Source: an uncultured Granulicella sp.
GTDB lineage: Bacteria > Acidobacteriota > Terriglobia > Terriglobales > Acidobacteriaceae
DNA: 64,000 bases
NCBI GenBank assembly: GCA_963693075.2
Contig: CAXMMP010000001.1
Location: 1,044,471-1,108,470, forward strand
Reading direction: 5' to 3'
Shown here: one piece after another, positions 1-7,904 of the stretch
Layout: every line of letters starts with the position of its first letter
How positions within the stretch are numbered: the first letter of the stretch is position 1
Translations under genes and position numbers: made by a program
Notes under the pieces: generated by a model
The model's input: the letters and a program-made list of their open reading frames with translations, nothing else
Told to the model about the DNA's origin: nothing
Databases searched by the model: none

Positions 1-252
1 CGCCTTATTCGCCTGTTCAGTCCGGATAACACCTTCGACCAACGTTATGTCTTTCCCGACGCTTTTCAGGTTCTGCTCTATCTCCTGGTCGAGCGCCTCC
101 TCCAGCCGATGCAACTGGTGCAAATGGTGGAAGTGTTCGACTGTCTGTTCAATGCCAACGGCGATGATGAGGCCGCAGACGATCGTGGCGATGTGGATGA
201 AGAAGTCTTTCCAGGTGTGCGTTGGGCCGTGGGGCGGGTGGACGTCGAGCAT
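1..252 (-). CDS. HPPH-module single-pass membrane protein, paralog P1 (N-terminal 84 codons only; gene runs off the left edge)
   Basis: Manual minus-strand translation from ATG at 250-252 gives MLDVHPPHGPTHTWKDFFIHIATIVCGLIIAVGIEQTVEHFHHLHQLHRLEEALDQEIEQNLKS... with no stop down to position 1. AGGAG lies 6 nt upstream. It is absent from the ORF track because no stop lies in the window. It has the same N-terminal module as the six complete paralogs. Confidence 0.8.
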   Translation of the reverse strand, partial: MLDVHPPHGPTHTWKDFFIHIATIVCGLIIAVGIEQTVEHFHHLHQLHRLEEALDQEIEQNLKSVGKDITLVEGVIRTEQANKA

Positions 253-261
253 GGCGGGCTC

Positions 262-447
262 CTAGGGGGTGGACTCGGGATGCGGGTGGATCGGTTCGAG
301 GGTGTGGGAGGGTTGGGGGGACTGGAGGTACTCGCAGAAGTCGATGATGACGAGGAGAACGAGGGCCGCGATGGCGATGGTAGCGACGCGCATGAAGAAG
401 CCACGCCAAGTATTGGAAGGGTAACGTGAGGGGATGAGTTCGCGAAT
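262..447 (-). pseudogene. Degenerate, truncated eighth copy of the HPPH-module family (start codon position is ATT, all module histidines lost, 61 codons)
   Basis: Manual translation gives IRELIPSRYPSNTWRGFFMRVATIAIAALVLLVIIDFCEYLQSPQPSHTLEPIHPHPESTP*. It aligns without gaps to MLDVHPPHAPTHSWKDFFIHVGTICVGLLIAVALEQAVE (P, P, W, FF, V, T, I and L are shared). Its leader CCGCTACACTG...CCCC..GGAG is homologous to the leader of paralog P5 (3781-3792). An internal ATG at 393 would give a 43-aa TM peptide. Confidence 0.4.
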
Positions 448-533
448 GGCCGGCAGCTCCTTGGGGATGAGAGCAGTGTAGCGGAGGCGATGCCGTAAAC
501 CCGCTCACGCCCCAAAGTACGTGTCATGAACGT

Positions 534-1253
534 CTAGGGCGCGGAGGCGGACAGGGCTTTGTCAACGTAGGTGTCGACCTCGGCGTGGGAGCGGGCGTTG
601 TGGGCGATGGCGTCGCTACATCCGTGCCAGACAGAGGTCCAATAGATGTAGACGTTGATGATGGCGAGATATTTGGCGTAGGCGCGGGCAAGTTCGTCGC
701 GAGCGGGGGCGGCGAGATGGACGGTGGTCCCGGCGTCGAGGCTGACGGCGAAGCGGACTTCGGCGGCGCTGGCTTCCGCTTCGGCGTTGATGGCGTCGTG
801 GTAGCTGGCGAACTCCTCACTCGCATTGGCGTCGCAGCGATCGTAGACCTCGGCCATTGGCTCATCGACAAACGCGGCTTTGCCATTGGCCTTGGCAACA
901 GGCCAGACGGCGCGATCGGGAGAGTGGTCGCCGGCGACCTGGCCACGCAGAGGCAGGCCGATGGTCAAGGTGACGCCGGAAAGCGGTGCGCTCTGCATGG
1001 CGTCGAGGACGCCCTGGGCCCAGCGCCGCTTGGCGAAACTGATCTGCTGATCGCGGTCGAGGACCTGGAGATTGCGCTCGGCCTCATCGTGCATGTTGCG
1101 AACCAGTTCCTGAGACTCACGCTGGTGGTGAATGGCTTCGACGGATTGCTCCAGCCCGACGGCGATGAGGAGGCCGACGCAGATGGTGCCGACGTGGATG
1201 AAGAAGTCTTTCCAGGTGTGGGTCGGGGCGTGGGGTGGGTGGACGTCGAGCAT
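534..1253 (-). CDS. HPPH-module single-pass membrane protein, paralog P2 (class A C-terminal domain)
   Basis: 239-aa ORF starting MLDVHPPHAPTHTWKDFFIHVGTICVGLLIAVGLEQSVEAIHHQ. GGAG lies 7 nt upstream of the ATG. Class A motif: SPDRAVWPVAKANGKAAF...AEVYDRCD. Confidence 0.85.
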   Translation of the reverse strand: MLDVHPPHAPTHTWKDFFIHVGTICVGLLIAVGLEQSVEAIHHQRESQELVRNMHDEAERNLQVLDRDQQISFAKRRWAQGVLDAMQSAPLSGVTLTIGLPLRGQVAGDHSPDRAVWPVAKANGKAAFVDEPMAEVYDRCDANASEEFASYHDAINAEAEASAAEVRFAVSLDAGTTVHLAAPARDELARAYAKYLAIINVYIYWTSVWHGCSDAIAHNARSHAEVDTYVDKALSASAP

Positions 1254-1275
1254 ACAGAATCTCCGAGGTGCGGGA

Positions 1276-2004
1276 TTAGAACTTTGAGGCCTGTTTGTCT
1301 TCTTCGAGCATGAACTGCAACATCTGGTCTACGGAGTGTGCGCCGTGGAGCACGCCGCGGCAAGCGCCAGCCTCGTTGAGCTCGAGCAGGATGGTGATTC
1401 TCAATGCGTTGGAGAGGCTTGCATAGGCCTGTAAGAATTCTTCCCGCTGTGCGAGGTTCAAGGAGAGGGCTTCGGAAGGGGGCAGGCCCTGCCGCGATCG
1501 ATTGATGATGGCAAGGCTTCGTCTCGCACCACTGAGAGCGGTTTCCTGCGCGAGCACGTCGGCCTCATGATCGAGGCGGGCGTAGACCTGGGCTGCGTCT
1601 TTGGGCAATAAGGCGATCGTGCCACTCGACCTCGCAACCGTCCATGCAGTCTGGGAGGGCTGGAACACGTTAATCGCAAAGAGCTGCGGCCGAGGTTGGG
1701 GGAGTGCGCTGGTGTCAATGCGGCCTGCGGAGACGGGTGCCGTATTCAACGCGACGATGGAGGCGTCGACGAATGCGCGCTGCTCGTGGAGGCGCGCCAG
1801 GTTTTCCTGGACGAGATCGAGATTGTGTTCGGCCTCAGCGTGGAGTTGTTCCTCAAGCTCGTGACGCAGATGGCGGTGGTGAATGGCCTCGACCGTCTGC
1901 TCCAGCCCGACGGCGATGAGGAGGCCGACGCAGATGGTGCCGACGTGGATGAAGAAGTCCTTCCAGGTGTGGGTGGGAGCGTGGGGCGGGTGGACGTCGA
2001 GCAT
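1276..2004 (-). CDS. HPPH-module single-pass membrane protein, paralog P3 (class A)
   Basis: The ORF track gives 1276..2052. The conserved MLDV start is the ATG at 2004, with GGAG 6 nt upstream. Sequence begins MLDVHPPHAPTHTWKDFFIHVGTICVGLLIAVGLEQTVEAIHHRH. Class A motif: PSQTAWTVARSSGTIALLPKDAAQVYARLD. Confidence 0.85.
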   Translation of the reverse strand: MLDVHPPHAPTHTWKDFFIHVGTICVGLLIAVGLEQTVEAIHHRHLRHELEEQLHAEAEHNLDLVQENLARLHEQRAFVDASIVALNTAPVSAGRIDTSALPQPRPQLFAINVFQPSQTAWTVARSSGTIALLPKDAAQVYARLDHEADVLAQETALSGARRSLAIINRSRQGLPPSEALSLNLAQREEFLQAYASLSNALRITILLELNEAGACRGVLHGAHSVDQMLQFMLEEDKQASKF

Positions 2005-2093
2005 GGTGGGCTCCGATGTGTGGTTGTCCTTAGAGTATGCGAACCCGCTCATAACGATGAAAGCGTCATGAACGGGGCACCATGGCGAGGTTG

Positions 2094-2888
2094 CTACTTC
2101 TTTTCGGCGGCGTCGCTGGCGGCGTTGGCCGCGGCTTTGAAGGGATTCACACGAGCGTCGGTCTGCTGTTGTGCGGGTTGCAGTCTTTGTACGTCCTGCG
2201 GTGTGCGGGCAACGCCTATGAGCGCATGCAGTTCGGAGACTGTGGGTCCCGGCGTGAAGTCGTTGAAATCAGCGTTGAAGTTTTGGAGCGCGACTCCCGA
2301 GCGGAAGATTGCGGTGAGATAGTCCTGGGTCAGCTTGATCTGCACGTCGATCTGCGCCGGCGTGAGGTGGGAGAGATCGGGATCCAATGAGTTGTATTGA
2401 CCCGCCTTGGAAGATGCGGTAAATAGATCCTCGTCGCTGTCGCCAATTCTGGAGACGTAGTGATAGAGCGCTTCGTCCTCGGTAACCTCATCGCGCGACA
2501 TGAACTCGGTGACGTTGGTGCGCTGGGCCGTCTTCCATGCGGCGTTCTCCATGAGTTCGTGACTCGTTGTGTATCTGAGGACTCCGGGAAGCTTTTCTTC
2601 CGGCGTTCCGGGATGCTGCCGCAGGTAACGGAGGACCAGGAGGTCGTTTTGGGCAAGCGCTGCCTTTTCGTAGAAGAAAGCCGTGTTGGCAGCGAAGTTC
2701 TTGCGGTTCTGCTCGCGTTCGAGGCGCAGGGATTCGCGGATCTCGGAGAGCTGATGGCGGTGGTGGATGTATTCCACGGCCTGCTCCAGACCGACGGCGA
2801 TGAGGAGGCCGACAACGATGGTAGCGATGTGGATGAAGAAATCTTTCCACGAGTGGGTGGGAGCGTGGGGTGGGTGGACGTCGAGCAT
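2094..2888 (-). CDS. HPPH-module single-pass membrane protein, paralog P4 (class B)
   Basis: The 419-aa ORF 2094..3353 runs into the neighbouring gene in another frame. The conserved MLDV start is residue 156, ATG at 2888, with AAGGAA upstream. Sequence begins MLDVHPPHAPTHSWKDFFIHIATIVVGLLIAVGLEQAVEYIHHRH. Class B motif: LRYLRQHPGTPEEKLPGVLRY. Confidence 0.85.
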   Translation of the reverse strand: MLDVHPPHAPTHSWKDFFIHIATIVVGLLIAVGLEQAVEYIHHRHQLSEIRESLRLEREQNRKNFAANTAFFYEKAALAQNDLLVLRYLRQHPGTPEEKLPGVLRYTTSHELMENAAWKTAQRTNVTEFMSRDEVTEDEALYHYVSRIGDSDEDLFTASSKAGQYNSLDPDLSHLTPAQIDVQIKLTQDYLTAIFRSGVALQNFNADFNDFTPGPTVSELHALIGVARTPQDVQRLQPAQQQTDARVNPFKAAANAASDAAEKK

Positions 2889-3030
2889 AGTGAATTCCTT
2901 GAGGTCTGAGAGCAGTTTAGCTGAGAGGTCCTGCGAACTCCCCATCTCAGAATCGAGATAGGGGGCACCCGGCGGAGGCATCCTACGACTGGGATAAAGT
3001 GCGATCAATGGGCCACCCGGAGTTGGGCTC

Positions 3031-3759
3031 TTAGTGTGGGGCACTGGCTTCGTAGCGTTCGAGGTAGGGACGGACCTCAGCCCTTGATCGGACATCGTGC
3101 AGAATTGCGTCCGATGTGGCGGCCCACTTGACGGTGGCGTTGGCGAGTGCGCTGAGAGTTGCTTTGTATTCTGTGAGGGCGTCGACGAGCTTGTCGCGTT
3201 CTGGTAGCGAGATGCGCAGCGTGACGCCGGGCTGGATGCGTTGGTGGATGCGGGCTTCGATTGCGTCCAGGTGCTGACTGACGATGTCGATGCGGTCCTG
3301 CGCCTTGTCACAGTTTTCAGCGTCGAATTCGAGACGGTCGTAGACTTCGGCAAGGTTCTCGGGAAGGAGAGCGATGGTTCCCTTAGCCGTCGCCATCTTC
3401 CAAACAGCGCGGGAGGGCTCGAGGCCTTGGTGGGAGTGGTTAGCAGGCAGGCTTACAGCGATGATGCCATCTTTATTTCCGGCTGCGGGCGTGGCTTGCT
3501 GGAGCTGATCGATGACGGTCTGCGTCCACGAGAGAAAGGTATAGGCGCCGGCGAAGTCGTCTTGAAGTATGGGGAGGTTGCTCTGTGCTTCCGCGTGCAT
3601 GCTTTCGATGAGCTCGGTCCTTTCGTGGCGGTGGACCATCGCTTCGACAGCCTGCTCCAGCGCGACGGCGATGAGCAGGCCGACGCAGATGGTGCCGACA
3701 TGGATGAAGAAGTCTTTCCATGAGTGAGTGGGAGCGTGGGGCGGATGGACGTCGAGCAT
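3031..3759 (-). CDS. HPPH-module single-pass membrane protein, paralog P5 (class A)
   Basis: The ORF track gives 3031..3810. The MLDV ATG is at 3759, with GGAG 6 nt upstream. Sequence begins MLDVHPPHAPTHSWKDFFIHVGTICVGLLIAVALEQAVEAMVHRH. Class A motif: EPSRAVWKMATAKGTIALLPENLAEVYDRLE. Confidence 0.85.
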   Translation of the reverse strand: MLDVHPPHAPTHSWKDFFIHVGTICVGLLIAVALEQAVEAMVHRHERTELIESMHAEAQSNLPILQDDFAGAYTFLSWTQTVIDQLQQATPAAGNKDGIIAVSLPANHSHQGLEPSRAVWKMATAKGTIALLPENLAEVYDRLEFDAENCDKAQDRIDIVSQHLDAIEARIHQRIQPGVTLRISLPERDKLVDALTEYKATLSALANATVKWAATSDAILHDVRSRAEVRPYLERYEASAPH

Positions 3760-3857
3760 GGGTGTCTCCGGGGTTGCGGACAGTGTAGCGGAAGAGTTCT
3801 GCAAATTCATGTCTCAGAAACGAGAGGGGGGTCACCCGTCGACAGTTCGGGTCGCGG

Positions 3858-4688
3858 TTAGTGGTTCGGCTGGTGTGCGCTTGCCTCGGCGGCATCTTCG
3901 GCATCTTTCCGTTGCTGGGCTGCAAGCGCGGCAGATCCAAAGGGTGTGAGCTCTTTTTGGGTGATCGCAATGGCACCCGCGAGCCGTGCCTCGTCTTCCG
4001 CCGAGCGAACCCACCCGGCGCTCTGAAACATCTCTTCTCCGGTGATACCGGCCGGGAGATCGGGGCTTTGCTTCTGCAGGACAAAAAGCCAGATCGCCCA
4101 TTCATAGTTTTCCGTGAAGGAGTTCAGCAGGAACTCCTCCTGCCTCTGTAGCTTCGCAGCAGAGAGATGCGACGGATTGGGATCGATGGCGGCGAAGTCC
4201 GCGGCATTTTGGATCTTGAGCGCCGAAGCGGAGGCGTAATCCTGTGCAAGCTTCAGCGAGTCGTAGAAGGCGGTCAGCGACTCGGCTTCCTTTTGCGGCA
4301 GGAGACCGATGGTCTGCGTCTGTTGAGCGTTGACATAAGCTGTCGTGACCACAAGCTTATACGTAGCCCGCCAGCGTAGTACGCCGGGCAGCTTCTCTTC
4401 GGGCGTGCCGGGATGCTGCTCCAGATATTCAATGACGCGCAGATCGTTGAGAATTAGCTCCCGGTCGTAACGATACCAGGCGACGTTTGTCAGGTAGATG
4501 CGGGCATTCTCTTCATGTTCCTTCTGGAGCGCCTCTCTCAGCTCTTGCCGCTCGTGCCGCCGGTGCATCCATTCGACAGATTGCTCGATGCCCACGGCAA
4601 TGAGGAGGCCGACGCAGATGGTGCCGACGTGGATGAAGAAGTCTTTCCACGAGTGGGTGGCGGCGTGGGGCGGGTGGACGTCGAGCAT
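3858..4688 (-). CDS. HPPH-module single-pass membrane protein, paralog P6 (class B)
   Basis: 276-aa ORF starting MLDVHPPHAATHSWKDFFIHVGTICVGLLIAVGIEQSVEWMHRRH. Class B motif: IEYLEQHPGTPEEKLPGVLRW. AAAGGTG lies upstream of the ATG. Confidence 0.85.
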   Translation of the reverse strand: MLDVHPPHAATHSWKDFFIHVGTICVGLLIAVGIEQSVEWMHRRHERQELREALQKEHEENARIYLTNVAWYRYDRELILNDLRVIEYLEQHPGTPEEKLPGVLRWRATYKLVVTTAYVNAQQTQTIGLLPQKEAESLTAFYDSLKLAQDYASASALKIQNAADFAAIDPNPSHLSAAKLQRQEEFLLNSFTENYEWAIWLFVLQKQSPDLPAGITGEEMFQSAGWVRSAEDEARLAGAIAITQKELTPFGSAALAAQQRKDAEDAAEASAHQPNH

Positions 4689-4714
4689 GGGCGCACCTTT
4701 CTTAGATGGAGCCG

Positions 4715-5470
4715 TTACTGATCAGAGCTTTGGATGGACAGCACCCGCCTGTCTAGGCCTTCAATCTCATCGCCCTGAATGGGATTGCCAGGAATTCCAA
4801 GGAGAGTATCCATATATCGAATGGAGTTGCCGGGACCAAAGTTTGGGTGGCGGCGGACGAACAGGTCTTGTATCAGCGCAACTCTGCCGTGTAGCACCAA
4901 GACTTCGCTCATGGCCTTGATGGCCTCATCGAGGACAGCCGGGTCGGCCTTGCCGAGATCCGGGTAGAGGAACATGATACGTCGCGCCTGCTCGATCGCA
5001 TGCAACTCGTCGTTTTGAATTTCGTAGAGCCGCTCGAGACGACGGTAGGTATCGTCGAAGTTTTGCACTTCCTGGGTGGGCATGTGTTCGATGACGCCGT
5101 CCAACTTTGCGGTCGCCCAATTCGCTTCGGGATAAAACGCGCCGTGCCATCGCCAGTCCATTTTGCCAGGCCAAGTCGATGGGGTGGCACCGGGATGGCT
5201 CCGCAGATACATCAGGACGTCCAGATCCATGCGGTAGACGGGAGCCTGCTGGCGCAGCATGTCTCGTTCGAGGGCAAAGAACTTGATGTTCTTCTCCTCT
5301 TCGAGACGGAGTGCCTCACGGGTTTCTTTGACTTGATGGCGGTGATGAAAGTACTCGACCGTTTGTTCGAGTCCGACAGCGATGAGCAGACCGACGCAGA
5401 TAGTGCCCACATGGATGAAGAAGTCCCTCCAGGTGTGGGTGGGGCTGTGGGGCGGGTGGACGTCGAGCAT
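4715..5470 (-). CDS. HPPH-module single-pass membrane protein, paralog P7 (class B-like)
   Basis: 251-aa ORF starting MLDVHPPHSPTHTWRDFFIHVGTICVGLLIAVGLEQTVEYFHHRH. Class B-like motif: LMYLRSHPGATPSTWPGKMDW. GGAG lies 7 nt upstream. Confidence 0.85.
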   Translation of the reverse strand: MLDVHPPHSPTHTWRDFFIHVGTICVGLLIAVGLEQTVEYFHHRHQVKETREALRLEEEKNIKFFALERDMLRQQAPVYRMDLDVLMYLRSHPGATPSTWPGKMDWRWHGAFYPEANWATAKLDGVIEHMPTQEVQNFDDTYRRLERLYEIQNDELHAIEQARRIMFLYPDLGKADPAVLDEAIKAMSEVLVLHGRVALIQDLFVRRHPNFGPGNSIRYMDTLLGIPGNPIQGDEIEGLDRRVLSIQSSDQ

Positions 5471-5686
5471 AGGTCGTCTCCGATTCGGTGTGAATCAAGA
5501 GTATGCGAACCGGCTCATGACGCAAAATACCGAGCTCGGGTAAGAACCACACCTCGTGAAGCGGGATGTGGGGCTATCAGTTCGAAGTTATGGACGCGCC
5601 CGCAGTTTGAGCAGGCTTTAGCGCTTTCTCATGACTGCGTCGACTTCGAATCTGGCATACGTAGGCTCATTAAATTCTTTTATGCC

Positions 5687-5968
5687 ATGACCCTCGGGCG
5701 TCGCAACGAATCCGCCTTCCGACCGCGGTAAGCCTCGCCCGTGATGATGCTGCGTACCGATGTCTTTACGCTGCTCCTCACAAACTTGAACGACGCCGAG
5801 GCCCTTTATACGGAAATCGACGAAAAGCTCGCCGCCTGGAAGCAGTTGATCCACTCGGTGCGTTTATCTGGACACGGAGAAGACGAAACTCGTTTTGCCG
5901 AGATCTTCGGTACAAAACCCGCGACCGTGCTAGTGCGGCCTGACGGCTTATGCGGCGTTCGTGGGTAA
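5687..5968 (+). pseudogene. Possible C-terminal remnant of an FAD-dependent monooxygenase, with an in-frame stop at 5729-5731
   Basis: The single frame reads ...AFRPR*ASPVMMLRTDVFTLLLTN...KPATVLVRPDGLCGVRG*. The ending resembles the thioredoxin-like C-terminus of aromatic-ring hydroxylases (...LVRPDG...). No N-terminal Rossmann part is present. The match is weak and by eye only. Confidence 0.2.
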
Positions 5969-6151
5969 CGATCGCAGTGTGTCGGAGCTTGCAGGTTACA
6001 TGGCGGCTTGGTTTCCGAGCGCGTCGACCCGAGTTTAGATTTCTTTGTTGCTGAAATCTACCAAGGACAAACCCATCTCGTTGCAACTTGATAACGTGCG
6101 TAGTGACCTATAACGGGGCGCGTTGTCGAAGACGGGTCGTCCTCTGCGCAC

Positions 6152-6598
6152 TTAGAACCTCGCAATGAGCGTTATGCCTCCAACCAATAGCAATGCACCA
6201 ACCGCACGGAAACCATTGATCGGGTGGGTTTGCAAGCGGAACCAGCCAAAGTGATCAATCACGAGTGACGTAATCAGAGCGGCAGTGACGGTGAATCCCA
6301 TGAACGGCCCGGCCCCCACTTTTTGAATCTGGGTGAGGGATGCGTAGACCTGAACTGCTCCTACCAAACCACCCAGCACTGCCCACCAGGGCATCGCTGC
6401 GAGGTCGTCCACAGTTGGGAGCGGGGTCGGCATAACGAAGAACGCCCCAGTGAAGAAGAACGCAATGAGAAAGAACGAAACGGCTGAAGCCAGGTATGGG
6501 TTGACGAGGGAGTTTTTGAGTTGTGCATTCATGGCGCCGCCGCAAGCCTGCAGAGCGCCGCCTACGATGATGAAGGGTATGATCCAGCCGATTTTCAT
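6152..6598 (-). CDS. DMT-superfamily small transporter (YdcZ/DUF606-like)
   Basis: 148 aa with about five TM segments. The sequence is typical of the YdcZ family: MKIGWIIPFIIVGGALQACGGAMNAQL...VIDHFGWF...GALLLVGGITLI. Confidence 0.75.
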   Translation of the reverse strand: MKIGWIIPFIIVGGALQACGGAMNAQLKNSLVNPYLASAVSFFLIAFFFTGAFFVMPTPLPTVDDLAAMPWWAVLGGLVGAVQVYASLTQIQKVGAGPFMGFTVTAALITSLVIDHFGWFRLQTHPINGFRAVGALLLVGGITLIARF

Positions 6599-6627
6599 AG
6601 GTCACCTTTTGGAGTCGAATCGAGTTA

Positions 6628-7902
6628 TCAGTTGCCAAACATTGCATGCGCGGCCAGCAGGCCAGCAACAGAGGCGAGCATCGCGACAGGCATCGCGAGC
6701 GTTCCCGCTTTGAGGAAGTCCCAGGCACTGACGTCGAGCTTTTCTTTGCGCAGAGCAAGCAGCCACAAGATGGTTGCCAGCGATCCGGTGACGGAGAGAT
6801 TCGGCCCCAAGTCCACCCCCACAAGCACGGCGTGCGCCAGCAGTCCCTGCAGATGTGTAGCCTGCACCGTGGCACCAGCCACTAGCCCTAAGGGCAAATT
6901 GTTGAAGATGTTGTTCGCAACACCTACGCTCAAGGCGACGATGGTGGTCCCGAAAGAAGGAGCCAGAGACTTGCACCACTCGAGAGCCATTTGCGTATAT
7001 CGCAAGAGCCCCAGGCTCTCCGTAGCGTCGACGAGGATAAATAAGCCCGCCACTAGAAAGATCGTCGGCCAGCTTAGAGCCTTGGCAAGCTTTACGGGGC
7101 TGGCCCTTTCTTTGATGGAAATGACTGCAGTAATGAGGAGAGCTGCCAGGCATGTCGGAAGGCCAAGGTCTTTCTTGAATGCCGAAGCTGTCAGGAGAAC
7201 GACCACAACGAACGCCAGCCCCCATAGAACCATTTTGCCAGCTGGCTTGAGTTCACAGTCTTCGACCTCTTCTTCGATTCGCTCGCTCAGGTCCTTGCGG
7301 AAATAAAGTCGAAGGACAAGGAATGTAGCCACGATGGAGCACAATGAAGGAACACCAAACGAAGCTAACCATTGCCCTAGCGGCGGCATGCCCTGGTGGA
7401 AGACAACCAAATTAGCGGGGTTGGAGATTGGAAGGACGAATGACGCCGCGTTCGCGATCATCGCGCACGCAAATAGATACGGCATCGGCTGAACTTTAGC
7501 CTTGCGCACGGCGGACAGAACCGCGGGCGTCAACACCACGGCGGTTGCGTCGTTGGACATAAAGATGGTCGTAAGCGTTCCGACCCCGTAGATGAGTAGA
7601 AAGAGCCGAGTGCATTCACCTCTCGCTCCACGGGCTGACTTGGACGCGACCCAGTCGAAGACCCCATACTCACTACCGAGTTCCGACAGCAGCATCATGC
7701 CGATCAGGAAAAGGTAAACGTCTGAGCCTTCCGTCACCGCTTTCCCAGCGAGCCGAAGGGGGATCAGTCGAAGGACGATGAGAAGCAGCGCACCTGAACC
7801 AACCCACCAAACTTCGGGGATATTCCGGGGCCGCACCAGCATGAGCAAGATGCTGAGGGCGACGATGGCGACGATGAGCATGTGGCTGAGAATGGGAGCC
7901 AT
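6628..7902 (-). CDS. ArsB/NhaD-superfamily (SLC13-like) anion permease
   Basis: Polytopic membrane protein whose sequence is typical of ArsB/NhaD permeases. The ORF track starts at 7968, but that start overlaps the upstream gene. The ATG at 7902 (MAPILSHMLIVAIVAL...) lies 2 nt after the upstream stop. Confidence 0.75.
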   Translation of the reverse strand: MAPILSHMLIVAIVALSILLMLVRPRNIPEVWWVGSGALLLIVLRLIPLRLAGKAVTEGSDVYLFLIGMMLLSELGSEYGVFDWVASKSARGARGECTRLFLLIYGVGTLTTIFMSNDATAVVLTPAVLSAVRKAKVQPMPYLFACAMIANAASFVLPISNPANLVVFHQGMPPLGQWLASFGVPSLCSIVATFLVLRLYFRKDLSERIEEEVEDCELKPAGKMVLWGLAFVVVVLLTASAFKKDLGLPTCLAALLITAVISIKERASPVKLAKALSWPTIFLVAGLFILVDATESLGLLRYTQMALEWCKSLAPSFGTTIVALSVGVANNIFNNLPLGLVAGATVQATHLQGLLAHAVLVGVDLGPNLSVTGSLATILWLLALRKEKLDVSAWDFLKAGTLAMPVAMLASVAGLLAAHAMFGN

Positions 7903-7904
7903 AT

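Noticed and set aside
2889-3353. N-terminal extensions of paralog ORFs: 2094..3353 (419 aa), 1276..2052 and 3031..3810.
   Set aside because: The extensions overlap neighbouring genes in other frames or cover promoter-like leaders. All copies share the MLDV start with its own SD, and three copies have no possible extension.
109-5731. A series of plus-strand ORFs (109..429, 585..1313, 1696..2322, 2460..2909, 3241..3723, 4515..4721, 5000..5731) share a conserved peptide ...DGDEEADADGADVDEEVFPGVG..VGRVDVEH.
   Set aside because: They are the antisense mirror of the conserved 5' module of the minus-strand HPPH paralogs. Conservation, Shine-Dalgarno sites and TM/His motifs all belong to the minus-strand frames.
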